DNA of 64,000 nucleotides from Dictyostelium discoideum (Eukaryota): NCBI GenBank assembly GCA_000004695.1, contig CM000153.2, positions 256,001 to 320,000 of the forward strand, read 5' to 3'. Shown piece by piece: positions 27,134 to 45,717 of this stretch (position 1 is its first letter; each line of letters starts with the position of its first letter). The notes under the pieces were generated by a model. It saw only the letters and a program-made list of their open reading frames with translations, ran no database searches and was not told where the DNA came from. The position numbers and the translations under genes were made by a program.

Positions 27134-27546
27134 TAAAATTTATATTAATTTATATTTTTATTATTTATTTTCCAATAAAGGGACTTACCGCAGGAACTTT
27201 AAATTTACAAGTAACTTTGATTGTAAAGTTTGAAAGTATTAAAAAAAGATCATTTAAAGTTAAGATACATCATCATATTAATGGCAATGCTACGTGGGTT
27301 GTTGAAAGTGGTCCTGTCTCAGAAGTGTTAAGTTTTAATCAAGGTACTGAAAAAGAATTTAGAAACTCTTACTTTGTTTATAATGAAAGTTTGCAAAATC
27401 CACCACATGCTACTAATGAATCCAAGCTTATTACAGTAGAAAATGAACAAGTCACATTTAAATGTATTAGATCTATGAATGGTGGTACAAAAACTGGGTA
27501 TGATGCAGGTTCAAAACTATATTTAATTGAACTTATTTTTGATTAA
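25753..27546 (+). CDS. Protein of unknown function, 4 exons; join(25753..26117,26262..26559,26661..27086,27181..27546)
   Basis: Introns 26118-26261 (GTAATT...TTTTAG), 26560-26660 (GTAAGT...AAAAAG) and 27087-27180 (GTAATT...AATAAAG) are all phase-consistent. The C-terminal half has alternating beta-strand-like patterning (GLTAGTLNLQVTLIVKFESIKKRSFKVKIHHH...). It could alternatively be two genes split at the 26121 TAA. Confidence 0.45.
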
Positions 27547-27813
27547 TTGGAAACACAAATGGCCTCTTGGTTGTAGATTGATTTGATGATGTACTCATAC
27601 ATCCTATTAAGTCCTATTAAACTAAAAATAAAATAATAAATTTAACTTTTGGCACTTTTTTTGAAATTGTTGTGAAAAAAAAAAAAAAAAAGTTTTACAC
27701 ATATTAAATTATTTAAATTATAATAGTAAATAATAATAAATTATTTTATTATTTTATTTTTATCGTGTTGTTTTTTTTTTTTTTTTTTGAAACATATATA
27801 TGGGTGTTTAATT

Positions 27814-28771
27814 TTAAAAGATATCAATTTTAACACCTTTACCATTCCAAATGTAAGTACCTGATGAACCAGAAGAACCAGATGTATAAGATGGACCATC
27901 TGATGAATCTGGGAATGAATCAGATTGTGAACCTGCTGTGGTGGTTGTGAATGAATCTGATCCTGATTCAGATTGTGATTGTGATTGTGATTGTGATTGT
28001 GATTGTGAGCCAGATTCAGATTGTGAGCCAGATTCAGATTGTGAATGTGAACCAGATTCAGATTGTGAGTGTGAACCGTGATGACCAGAGGTTGCATGTG
28101 ATGATGATGATGTTGATGGACCTGTTGTATGACCACCACCAGTTGTTGATGCGTGAGTGGTAGATGGACTTGTTGAACCACCACCAGTGGTAGAGGTTGT
28201 GACGTGAGATGTTGAACCACCACCAGTGGTAGAGGTTGTAGCATGGGATGTTGAACCACCACCAGTGGTAGTTGTAGTTGTTGGAGTTGGATAACCAACA
28301 TAAAAACCAAAATTAGCAATAACATTCTTTAATGGGACAGTATTATTATAAACTGCTTGAGTTACGTATGTTGCACCTTTGAATAAACTAACTACATTAT
28401 CACAACTACTCATTTTAACTAAGAATTTATCATTATAAACTGGTAATGATTTACAAATTACTGTGTTTTGACCATTCATTTGTTCAACAAAACTTAAACT
28501 AATAATACCTGGTGATACAGATGCTTGGAAATCCATTGCTTCAGCATTTGAAATCCATGGAATTGAATTTTGAATAACAAATCCTGTACCTGATCCTTGT
28601 GGTACACTAAATGTTGAGAAATTTGAAACTACTGATGTTGCAGTTCTTGTTAATTTAACAATGGTTTTACTTCCACTATTCTCTTCCCATTTCATATAAT
28701 ATGCAATACTAATATCTTGTGGTTCAACATTTAATGCATAAATTGAAACTGTTAAATTTAAATTTCCCCTA

Positions 28772-28812
<41 letters not shown>

Positions 28813-29242
28813 TTAGATATTTTTAAAATCAAAATCTAAAAATCTCTCACTTTTGGGAAAAAAAAAAAAAAAATGGTGGGGGAAAATTGATTTTTTTTTT
28901 ATATACATACGAAATTTGAACTAAATATGGTGATGGGAAAACTAATTGATTTTCAATATTTGAAGCAGTGAATGATACAATTTTTCTACCACTACTTGTG
29001 AAATCAATTGTGCATGTAGAAATGAAGTTATGGTTAAAAGCTTGATTTGATGTTTTATTTAAAATGACAACTTGGACACCTTCCAAATTAAATGATGATG
29101 CTGGAAGTGCAATATTTGAAAAAGTTTGACTAACAAATTTACTTTTTGAAACTAATCCAAAATCAACTATGTTTGAAAAAACATCCTTTTAAAAAAAAAA
29201 AAAAAATTTATTAATGTTTGGAATTTTTTTTAAAGTAGAAAG

Positions 29243-29283
<41 letters not shown>

Positions 29284-29345
29284 CATACAGCATTGATTAA
29301 GGAGATTAAAGAAATAACAATAAATAATAAAGAAAGAGTCTTCAT
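27814..29345 (-). CDS. Secreted Ser/Thr/Gly-rich glycoprotein-like protein; join(29345..29289,29185..28911,28768..27814)
   Basis: Exon 1 encodes the signal peptide MKTLSLLFIVISLISLINA and is followed by GTATGT. Exon 2 spans 29185-28911 (donor GTATGT at 28910). Exon 3 runs from a TTATTAG acceptor to the stop. The C-terminal third is (GGGSTSHxTTSTT)n followed by (SQSESG)n repeats. Confidence 0.7.
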
Positions 29346-29385
29346 TCTTTGTTTTTTTTACAGATAGTCACAGATATTATTGAAG

Positions 29386-29425
<40 letters not shown>

Positions 29426-29638
29426 GTTTTAAAAAAAAAAAAGAAAAAAAAGAAAAAAAAAAAAAAAAAAATAATCCCCTGATATTTTTAAATTTCCGAC
29501 CTTTGACCTTTTAAAATTGAACCCCTGGTAATCACTTAAAAATTAATACCAAAAAATTTTAAAAAAAAAAAAAAAAACTATTATCATTTTCTTTTTTTAT
29601 TACTACTTTTCATTTAATAAAGATCATCTATAAAAGTA

Positions 29639-29674
<36 letters not shown>

Positions 29675-30154
29675 AGTTATACATTTTTAATACCAAAAAA
29701 AAAAATAAAAAATAAAAAATAAAAAATAAAAATGATGACAAAAAAATAAATTTCAAAATATTAGATCCAACAAGCAAATATGGCAACATTTATAATTTAC
29801 AAATAATCAAAAAAAAAATAAAAATGAATAAAAAAAAGTATATATTTGCATATAACCCAATAGTATTTATTTTATTTTAATTTAATTATTTTTTTTTTTT
29901 TTTAATAAAATTCATTATTATGAAATATCGCATATTAAAGATTTCACTATAATTTTTAGTATATTAACGTGGGTACCAATTTTTAAACAAATTTTAAAGA
30001 CAACCTTTATTTTCGATAAGTGGGTGTACCAAGTGAACTTTATATAAAAAAGTAACAATCCTTAAAAATTGATTTTTTTAAATTTTAATACAAACTGTTT
30101 TGAAAAAAAAAAAAAAAAGTAAAAAAAAAAAAAAAAAGTAAAATTTTTTAGAAG

Positions 30155-30185
<31 letters not shown>

Positions 30186-30559
30186 AAAAAAAATATTACA
30201 ATAAATTAAATCATTAAATTAATTATTAATAAAATATCCTTTTACATGTAAATATTCATATATTTTAATTTTTTTTTTTATTTTATTTTGTTTTTTTTTT
30301 ATTTTTATTTTTATTTTTATTTTGTTTTTTTTTATTTTTTTTATTATTTTATTTTTTTTTTTGAATTTTTTTTATTTTTATTTTTCATTTTTTTATTTTT
30401 TTTTTTTTATTTTATTTTTTTAATTTTTATCCAACAGTTATAATTTTTTTATTATTTTTTTTTTTTTAAAAAAAAATAACAAAACTCATTAAGATAAAAG
30501 AAAATATATAAATTATTATAAAAAAAAAAAAAAAAAAAAAAAACAAAAAAAAAAAAAAA

Positions 30560-30591
<32 letters not shown>

Positions 30592-30808
30592 AAATATCCA
30601 AAGAAATTCAGGGTATAAAAAAAAAAAAAAAAACAAAATAAAAAAAAATTAGAAACACCAATATGTGGAGTTTAAAATATAAGAACATAAAAAAATAATA
30701 AATAAAATAAATAAAATTCTTTTTTTTTTTTTAATACTATTTACTTAAACTTTTACATATACCTAAAACATACTCAAGTTTATACAAAACATAAAAAAAA
30801 AAAAAAAA

Positions 30809-31490
30809 ATGGAAAATGGTATGCTTTTTTATATTATTTCATAATATAGGGCATCATTTTTATAATGATTTTATCGTATTTTTATATTAATACATTTTTT
30901 AATTTTAAACTTCTATATTTAAATTTTAAACTTTTTTATTTTTATTTTTATTTTAATTTTAATTTACTTTCCTTTTTTAATTTATTTTTTTCTTTATTTT
31001 TTTATTTTTTTTAATTTTTAATTTTTTATTTATTTATTTATTTATTTAATTATTTATTTATTTATTTTTAAAATAATCAAATAAATAAAAAAAAAAAGAT
31101 GAAAGAGCTTCATTAATAAATAATAATTATGATAGTGCTGAAAATGAAAGTGATTTTATTAATGAAAGCTTAGATAACAATAGTAATGAAACTTTTGAAG
31201 TGAATGGCAGTGGAAGAATTAATAATTATTACAATTTAATTAAAACTCCATCAATATCATCATCACCCCTAATTGAATCATCATTATCCTATCAAAAACA
31301 ATCACCACCGCCACAAGAAAAACCACCAGATACTCAACTACCATCATTACAAGAACAACAACAAGAACAACAACATCAACAATCACAAGAACAAAAACAA
31401 CCATCACAAGAACAAGAACAACAACTTCAAGAACAACAACCTACAATATTTAAAAGAATGTGGGATCTCTTTTTTTCTTCATCGCCTCCA

Positions 31491-31565
<75 letters not shown>

Positions 31566-33740
31566 TTAAATAATAATATAAATAATAAAAAAACCGATAA
31601 TAGCCCTATTAATAGAAATTTAAACTCATCTATGGAATTTGTAGATGAAAATCAAAAACATATGAAAGAACAAAGAAATGATGATGATGAGGCTTCATCG
31701 TCATCATCAGCATCATCATCATCGTCATCAAGATTCAGGCAAAATAATAATAATAATAATATCAATAATAGTAACAATAGAAACAATAGTATAAATAATA
31801 GTGATCAAGAGAGAGAAAAGGATCACGAGCAAGTGAATAGAATATATGATTTATTCTTTTCATTATCAGCAATAGGTAATGATGAAGACAATGATGACGA
31901 TGATGATGATGATGAAGGAGAAGAGCAAGATGATAATAGAATATATAAACAAGTAAATAAAAAGAATGTAAATAGAACAAATATAAAATATAATAATTTA
32001 AAAATTGATGACCAACAACAGCAGCAACAACAATATATTAATCAACAACAAGAAAATAAAAATGAAATTAAAAACAAAGATTTAAAACAACCTCAAAAAT
32101 CAACCGAAAACATAGAACAACAAGAACAACAAGAAGACCAACAAGAACAAAAAGAACAAGAAGAGGAGGAAGAAGAACGACTAAAATCACCGATAGAACC
32201 AAAATCACCAATAGAACAACCGAAATTAGTATCAAAATCAAAAAAAGAAGATAATAAAAATTTATTTGAGAAATCACCATTTTTTGAACCACAAAGACCA
32301 GTGATTGATTTTTCAGATCCAGTTTTATTAGAACCAATAGAGAGTAAATTACCAGGTAACTTGGAAAAGAATAAACATTTATATGAAAATGTAAAGCCAA
32401 GTCCAATTCCATTATCAGTTATATTGACTGGTATTACGGTTTGTGATGTCACCGATGGTAAAGAATTACTATTGACAAGTTTATATGAAAATAAGAGAAT
32501 TGTAGTTGCCATTTTCCGTAGATTCGGTTGTCTAATTTGTAGACTTCAAGCTTTGGATTTATCAGCATTGAAACCGAAATTAGATAAAATTGGCATTGAA
32601 TTGGTTGGTATTGGTTTTGATGAAGAGGGTTTAGAAGAGTTTCAACAATTGAAATTCTTTGCTGGTAAAATCTATTTAGACAAAACTAGATCAGTTTATC
32701 GTGCTTTAAATCTAAAGAGAAGAAGTAAGTTAACCACTTATGAATTGTTCTTAGATCCACGTGTTATGGTCTATTATAGAAGAATTAAAGAAATGGGTTT
32801 CTCTTCAAATTATAGAAAGGATGGATTCCAATTGGGTGCTACCATGGTATTGGGACCAAAACCACAAGAGGCTCACTATGATTTCAGACCTCAAAGATAT
32901 GCTGATATTTTCGATCTAAAAGAGATTTGGGAAGCTTGTTTAAAACCTTATCCAACCAAAGAAGAGATTTTAGCTTCTCGTAAGATTGATTTATCAATTC
33001 CAAATCCTATAACTTTAGATTTACAATTAAATTCAATCAAATTTGATTTATCAGTTTATAATAATAATAATAATAATAAAAATGATAATAATAATAAAAA
33101 TGATAATAATAATATTAGTAAAAATAGAGGTAATACTCTTTCAAATATTTTCAATTTACCTTCCAATCAATACATTACAAATACTTATAATGGTAATGAT
33201 GATATAGATGAAAATGAAGTTTATGCTGATTATGATAAAGGTGAAGATAATGATGGAGAAGATGATGAGGATTATAGTAAAAGTATTTATAGTGAAGAAG
33301 ATGATGAAGAAGATGAAGAAGATGAAGAAGAAGAAGATGAAGAAGAAGAATTTTATGAAGATGAAGAAGAAGATGATGAAGAAAGAGAAAAAATTAAATT
33401 ACCAAAACCATCAAAGAGTAGTAAAATATTACTTTCAATATTAAATTCAGTTCAAGTTGATCCATCATTATTCAGAACTGATGATAGAGTTATCTATACA
33501 GTACCATCATTAGAGTTAGAGGTTCAAGGTGATAATGATAGTTTAGCCCCAATTTCATCTGTTGCTCCATCAAAATCATCAACCTCTCAAGAACAAGAAT
33601 ATATCGATAAAATCAATAGCACCATTTATGTTCAAAGTAATAGTTTTTATAAACCTACAAAATCTTCAAAATTCATTCTCAGAGATGAAGAAGATGAAGA
33701 AAATCCATTAATTTATTGTCCTTACAAGTATAACGGATAA
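30809..33740 (+). CDS. Protein with a PRXL2 / FAM213 (PAMM) thioredoxin-like domain and long N/Q/acidic low-complexity flanks; join(30809..30818,31099..33740)
   Basis: The ORF 31200-33740 has no in-frame ATG before 31456 but stays open upstream to 31099. A 10-nt first exon ATGGAAAATG plus a GTATGC donor at 30819 and an AG at 31097-31098 restore the frame (MEN-DERASLINNNYDSAENE...). The PRXL2-like core is VVAIFRRFGCLICRLQALDLSALKPKLDKIGIELVGIGFDEEGLEEFQQLKFFAGKIYLDKTRSVY. Confidence in the micro-exon is about 0.4. Confidence 0.65.
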
Positions 33741-34350
33741 AAAAATTTAATAATAAAAATAAAAATAAAAAAAAAAAAAAAATTCCACACTTCACAACAA
33801 GTTTTTTTTTTTATTGGCCTAATCGTTTTGTTAATAGTTATTTATCACATCCAATTGTTTTTGTAAAAAAAAAAAAACAAATATTTATTTAATAATAATA
33901 ATAACAAGGTGGAGAATTTTGACCAAAGAAATAGTCAATTTGGAATAAAACACATGTGGATGATATCAATACGATATAAAAAAAAAACTAAATGTTTGGG
34001 TAAAATATGTGGATTTTTGTAAAGATAATAATAAATTTAACCCCATATGGTTAAATTATTTTATTTTTGTGGAAATTATGGGTTTATCTGGGTTATTTTC
34101 AGCCAAAACGGTTCGGAAATTGACCCACATATTAAATATTCAAATCAATTAACATTTTTTTTTTTTTTTTTTAGCTGTATTAAAACTCAACAAAATTATT
34201 AATTTCATTCATTATCCAAATTTTTACAATTCTCAAATAATATAAATAAATAAATAAATAAAAAAAATAAATAAAAAAATAACAGAATAAAATTATTAGC
34301 TATTTTAATTTCTCTTCTCTTGGCCTTCCCAGTAATTGTACAATGTGAAG

Positions 34351-34833
34351 ATGTTAAATGAATTCAAAGTTTTTGGCGACCCAGAGTTTATTTTCAAATT
34401 AACTAATGATGTAAAAATTAAAATGGCTCTAGATATTTTAACTCATGTGGAGGGTAAAATAATACCATCAAAAGAAAGTTATAATCCAGGTATGTATTAA
34501 ATTATTTATAATTAGTCCTATAAAATTCTATTTTTGAAATTTTTATTTTTTTCTTTTTCAGAATAAAATTTCCATTTAGACCCAGACACAATCCCATTTT
34601 CAAAATTTCCTCTTCACTCTGTGACACCACTACAAGCTATCTTAATCCTCACCTTAGCAGGGCATGTAGACGTAAGTGTTTTGTAAAATTTAAAAAAAAA
34701 AAGTTTAAATTAATTCTTCAAAACTAATATTTTAAATTCCAAAAAAAAATAAAATTAAATAAATTAAAAAAATATAGCAAGAATCCTCCCAGAGTAAGGA
34801 TTATAAATTTACAATATATCTATTAATTTTATA
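34351..34833 (+). CDS. Small three-exon ORF, about 95 aa, unknown function; join(34351..34489,34580..34671,34777..34833)
   Basis: A GC-elevated island in an AT-rich intergenic stretch. Donors GTATGT (34490) and GTAAGT (34672), acceptors TTTAG (34579) and ATATAG (34776). The joined frame is open: MLNEFKVFGDPEFIFKLTNDVKIKMALDILTHVEGKIIPSKESYNP-DPDTIPFSKFPLHSVTPLQAILILTLAGHVD-QESSQSKDYKFTIYLLIL. Confidence 0.35.
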
Positions 34834-35099
34834 ACCAATAATTATATTTTCATTTTATTTATTTAAAAAAACAATAAAGTTGTCTCTTTTGTCCATATAA
34901 TTCAGTATTAACAAAAGAAGTTAAAAAACCATAGTTTTATAATAAATTCCATTTTTAACTTTTAATAAAATTTGGGTTAATTTTTATTTATAATTATTAT
35001 TTTTTTTTTTGAATGAAAATTTTTATTATTATTAAAATATTTGTTAATTATTTTTTATCCAACACACACCATTGGTAACTTTCTATTAAAAATATTAAA

Positions 35100-35139
<40 letters not shown>

Positions 35140-35262
35140 AAAATTAATGAAACAAAAGAAAAAACAATCTTGTTGATGGTTATAATAAATATTTTTAATT
35201 TTTTTTTTTTTTTTTTTTAATTTTTTTTTATTTAAGAATTATTATATTTATGAGAGTCATTA

Positions 35263-40249
<4,987 letters not shown>

Positions 40250-40556
40250 GTCTTATATATATATAATGTTGTATTTATTTGTTTTTTTTTTCTGTTCTCC
40301 TTTTCTTTTATTTAGTTTTCATTTAAACATATATATAATGAGGAGTATTTATGTTTGTGTGTGCGTATGTTTATACTTGTATGTGAATTTAAATGTTTAT
40401 TTATATGATATAAAATAATTCTTTTTTTTTTTATTTTTTTTTTATTTTTTTTTTTTGTAAAATTAATAATTTAATCTATTTGTGATGATGATCATATATA
40501 AAATATATAAATATAAAATTTTTCAATTTAATTTGGAGGGAAAAAAAAATAATATG

Positions 40557-40596
<40 letters not shown>

Positions 40597-40960
40597 GTTT
40601 TTGTGAAATTAAAAAAAAAAAAAAAAAAAAATTAAAAAAAAAAAAAAAAATTTAAATAGGTATATAAAAAAGGAAAATGAAGTTGTTTGTTTTATTTTTA
40701 TTTTCTGAGGGTAAATGGTGATTACTTTGAAAATCAATTTTCAAATCTAACTGGATCTACACAAAAAAAAAAGAAAATATAAAAAAAAAAAAAAATAAAA
40801 AAAAATAAAAAAAAATAAAAAAATAAATGGTTTTTAAAAAAAAAAATAAAAAAAAAAAAAAAAAAAAAAATTTAAAAAATAAATTTTAAAAAAATTTTTT
40901 TTTTTCTTAATCAGTTAGATTTGGTAAACCATCAGAATAATTTTTTTTTTTTAGAAAAAT

Positions 40961-40992
<32 letters not shown>

Positions 40993-41463
40993 TAAAAATT
41001 AAAATAAGATTTAAAAAAACAATTATCACCAATTAATTTTATTTATATATGTTTGTCTTTTAAGTAATTTTTTTTATTTATCTTTTTTTTTTTTTTTTTC
41101 ATTTTTTTTTTTTATTTTTTTTATTTTGTTTCAGGCAACCTGACACCAAGTTATCAAACACTTTTTCTAAATATTTTAAACTTTTTTTTTTTTTTTTTTT
41201 TAAAATTTTAACCCAACGGTCTTTTTTTTTTTTTGGGTTTGTTGGAAGGTTTTTTTTTTTTTTTTTTTGATTTGTTTTTTTCATTTTATTTTATTTTTTT
41301 TTATTTTAACCAGCCCATAAAGTCTGATTTTTATAATTTTTTTTTAAAAGTCATTTTCCCCATCATAACCACACTATTCGATATTTTCACATAAAAAAAA
41401 AAAACAACATAACAAAAACAAAATTTTAAAAAAAAAAAAAAACACAACACATTAAAAGAATAA

Positions 41464-41692
41464 ATGCTACCATCATCACCATTTGCAATTATTTTAAGTA
41501 TAATAGGAAATATAGTATCAACAGGTACAGCATTTTCGCCAATGTAAATATACACCTTTTTATTATTATTATTATTATTTTTATTATTTTTATTTTTAGT
41601 CCCCTCTAATATAATATAATTTAATCCAAAAATAAATAAAAGAAAAAATTTTTTAGAAATTGACAAAAATCGAGATGTTGGTAAGTAAAAAA

Positions 41693-41775
<83 letters not shown>

Positions 41776-42211
41776 CGTCCCTCCCTCACCATTTTTAAAA
41801 TAAAAATTAAATTAATATTAATTTTACAAAAAATAAAATAGGAAATAATAATATTTATCCAATTATAGCATTATGTGGTAATTCATTATGTTGGGTAGTA
41901 TATGGTGCAGTTAGTAAGCAAATGTCAATTTTACCTGTGAATGTAATTGGGTTATTTATAACAAGTTATTTTATATTTATTTTTATATCAGCAACTAGTG
42001 ATTTAAATAAACGTCGTTTCCTATCAGCAATCTATTATGGTTATTTAGGAGGTTTAACAATTTATCATTTATTAATAGTTTTATATGTAGAATCAATTGA
42101 TACCCAAGATTCAATTTTTGGTATCACTTCAAATGTTGCTGTTTTAATATTTTATGGTTCACCAGTTTTATCATTAGTAAGTAATAGTAGTTGTAATAGT
42201 AATAGTAGTGG

Positions 42212-42282
<71 letters not shown>

Positions 42283-42660
42283 ATTATTGTAATAATTAAC
42301 AAATTTATTATTATTATTATTATTATTATTTAGTATGGTGTAATTAAATCTAGGGATAGAAGTTCAATAAATTTACCATTGGCATTAGTTAGTTGTTTTG
42401 CAGGATTAACATGGACATTATATGGTATTGTAATTAATAATAAATTTATATTTGTACCAAATGCAGCTGGTGCATTATTATCAGCAATATCACTGGTAGT
42501 TTACTTTTTAGTTGGTTATTTAAATACTTTAAATTATAGAATGAAATCAGAACAAACTGATGGTACTTCACAAGATGTAGCATTAATAATAAATCAAGAA
42601 GAACAACCTGATATTATTTTAAGAAAAGATGAAGAATATGAAGAAGAAATAAAAATATAA
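41464..42660 (+). CDS. SWEET (MtN3/saliva) sugar transporter; join(41464..41543,41643..41680,41842..42176,42334..42660)
   Basis: Four exons (donors GTAAAT, GTAAGT, GTAAGT; acceptors AAAG, ATAG, TTTAG). The spliced protein carries both MtN3 repeats: TAFSP-IKNFLEIDKNRDVG-NNNIYPIIALCGNSLCWVVYG and IKSRDRSSINLPLALVSCFAGLTWTLYG. Seven predicted TM segments. Confidence 0.8.
42206..42287. repeat. (TGT)n microsatellite, about 27 units, within SWEET intron 3
   Basis: Seen directly. Confidence 0.95.
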
Positions 42661-43056
42661 TAATAAAAAAAAAATAAAAAAATAAAAAAAAAATAAAAAT
42701 AATAAAAAATTTATAAATTATAAAAAATTAAATTATTGTATATATATATATAAATATAGAATATTTATTTATTATTGTTTTTTTTTTTTATTTTTTATTT
42801 TTTTATTTTTTTTTTTTTTATTATAGATATTATTTATTATTTAATAAAAAGTTATTCAAATTTGGAAAATAAATTAATTTTAATTTTTTTTTTATTTTTT
42901 TTTATTCAAATTTGAATTTTTTTTATTTATTTAAATATCCTTTAATACAAAACTTAATTATCTAAAAATATAATAAAATAAAACTATTTCTTTTAATCTT
43001 TTTTTTTTTTTTTTTTAATTATATAATTTAAATTTAATTTTATTTCCAAAAGTTTT

Positions 43057-43092
<36 letters not shown>

Positions 43093-43098
<6 letters not shown>

Positions 43099-44622
43099 AT
43101 ATTTTTTGGCATAATGCATTGGTGGTATATTCGGATGTTCAACAGCTTCAAAAGTTGTAATTTTAATTTTATCTTCAGTTATATTTATAAATGAGCCAAG
43201 ATTACCAGATTGATCACAATAATTTGGAGCAGAGAAAACAGTGATGAGAGAACCATCATCATCGATTTGATAACCTTTTTCTTTAACTTCATGAGATCTA
43301 ATGATAGTTGATAGATTATTTTCCTTGAGGAAACGTCTGGTGACATCAGGTCCAAAGTAAACACCTACACCTCTTGAAGAAGGAGCAATACCAGGATTTG
43401 ATTGAGGATCAGACCAAAGTAAGCATTGAACCAATTCATTATCTTTTGGATCTGGTGCATTACGTTTAATCTTTCTAATATCGTCAAGTGTGACACCATC
43501 CTTACCAAACAAACCACCATGTACCACCATAAACGATTCATCCAACACGAATGCCAATGGGAACCAATTGAACAACTCTGAGAATAGATCGAATACCATC
43601 TCACTGTATTTTGCAACCACTTCGCCTTGGAAACCATAGAAACGATTCATATCGGTTGTCTCATGGTTACCCCTTGTCAAATGCATATGATTTGGGTACA
43701 ATAATTTATAAGCCAATAGAGTGATGATAATTTCAAAACTAAAACTACCCCTATCCACAAAGTCGCCATTGAAAAGGTATGGTTTCTCCTCTGATGGTGA
43801 TCCATTAATCTTAAATATATTCAAAAGATCATAGAATTGACCATGTGTATCACCACAAATCGTTATATTCATTGTTGTATCATGATCAATATCCACCAAT
43901 GTTGGTAACTCTTTCATCATCTCAAATGATTGTTTCAATATCTTACAAACATATTTCTTATGTACACTCTTTTGTCCTTTCATCCATTCAATCATTTCAT
44001 TAACAAATTCAATTGTAATCTTTTCACTTTCAAATTTTGGTCCTTTATATGATTCTTCAACATCTAAAAATTTTAAAAAAATTAAAAAATAAAAAAAAAA
44101 AAAAAAAAAATTAATTTCTTTTCTCTCTCTCTCTCTTTCCCTCTATTATTAATTATTTTTACTATACTACTTACTCATTGAATTAATATCTAATTCTTTA
44201 AAATATGATTCAGGTGTAATTAAAATTGCATCTTCAAATAATTTTGCTTTAATTAAATTATTACAAAGATTTAATTTAATCTTTGCATCATTTTCTTTTG
44301 GATTCTTTGTTAAGAGTTCTTTGAAAAAGTGTTTTGCTTCTTCAAAATTTCTTAATGCTAAATGTGCACTACCTAAACGATAATATGCTTTTATGTAAGT
44401 TGGATCCATTTCATGAGAGGTTTGAGCATCTTGTAATGCATTTACATATAACTCATTCTTAAAATTTGAAAATGATCTATTTGAATATAAAATTGCTGTT
44501 GGATGATATTTAATTGCTTTTGTATAAACTTCTGCTGCTAAATCATATTTTTGTTCTATAATTATTAAAAAAAAAAAAAAAAAAAAAAAATTAATATATA
44601 TATGTGTTTAAGTAATTTTGAG

Positions 44623-44653
<31 letters not shown>

Positions 44654-44864
44654 TATAGAGATTAAACTTACCACTAAAATGTTTATTTGCAATTGCTTTA
44701 TATTCATCAGATTTTTTAATACATTCTTCTTTTGAAAGTGTTGAAGGGTCAGTTTCTTTGTCATCTTTATTTAATTCAGCTGCTGCATCTGGTTGTGATA
44801 AGGTTGAATTTTCATTTGATTCCTTTTTTCTTCTTGGAAATTCAAGAGTTTCAACTTTTGTCAT
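43093..44864 (-). CDS. Ser/Thr protein phosphatase 5 (TPR repeats plus PPP catalytic domain); join(44864..44672,44555..44175,44063..43093)
   Basis: Exon 1 ends ...KHFSG plus GTAAGT. Exon 2 encodes the TPR repeats (AIKYHPTAILYSNRSFS..., AYYRLGSAHLALRNFEEA). Exon 3 encodes the catalytic core GDTHGQFYDLLNIF, GDFVDRGSFS, LTRGNHE, HGGL, RG and SAPNYC, with a PP5-type C-terminus. Confidence 0.9.
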
Positions 44865-44920
44865 TTTTTATTTTTTCTTTTATATATCCAAATAAAAAAA
44901 AAAAGATATGAAAATAAGTT

Positions 44921-44958
<38 letters not shown>

Positions 44959-45106
44959 AAAAAAAAAAAAATTTCATAAAAAAAAAAAAAAAAAAAAAAA
45001 AAAATTAAAATTAAAAATAATTTTTCATTTTTTTTTATTTGGAGGTTTTGTTTGAAAATAACTTTGTAATTTAATATTTTTATTATTGGCTTATATAGTA
45101 ATTTAA

Positions 45107-45137
<31 letters not shown>

Positions 45138-45717
45138 AAGTACTGTTTTTATTTTCAATTTTGATAATAAATTTGTTCTATTAATAAATATTCAGATATA
45201 TATATAAATAAATTCATTAAATATTAAGTTTTAATTATTTATATAATTAATTTTCATAAACTGTAGCAGTGTTTTTTTTTTTTTTTTTTTCAATTAAAAA
45301 CAATAGAGAAAAAAAAAAAAAAAAAAAAAATCATTTCACAATATCTAACCTAAGAGATTTTAGAAGATGTTTATAAAAAAAATTAAAGTGACTTTTTTTT
45401 TTTTTTTTTTTCCTTGTTTACTTTGAAACAAGAAAAAAAATTAAAGTGACTTTTTTTTTTTTTTTCTCAATTTTTTAACCGATCACCATTTTTTCTATTT
45501 TTTTTTTTTTGAAATTTAAAAGATATTTTTTTTTTAATTTTTTTTTTTCAAAAATCAATTAACAATAAAACCCAAATTTTTTTTTTTTTTTTTTTTTTTT
45601 TTCAAAAATCAATTGGGAGAAATTCCAATATAGTACCTTTTTTAAATAAAGGGGAATTTTAAATTCCACCACACATACAACCACCACTCTACAAAAAAAC
45701 TTTAAAATACCAAAATA

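Noticed and set aside
41331-41666. 111-aa minus-strand ORF
   Set aside because: Antisense of SWEET exons 1-2 and their AT-rich intron.
44880-45158. Poly-F and poly-K ORFs (44880-45158, 45559-45887)
   Set aside because: Homopolymer translations in the PP5 / BRCT divergent promoter region.
45360-45620. Short duplicated motifs (AAAATTAAAGTGACTTTTTTTT x2, TTCAAAAATCAATT x2) and a small hairpin CTTGTTTACTTTGAAACAAG between PP5 and the BRCT gene
   Set aside because: Possibly shared bidirectional-promoter elements, but short and AT-rich. I cannot distinguish them from chance without motif statistics.
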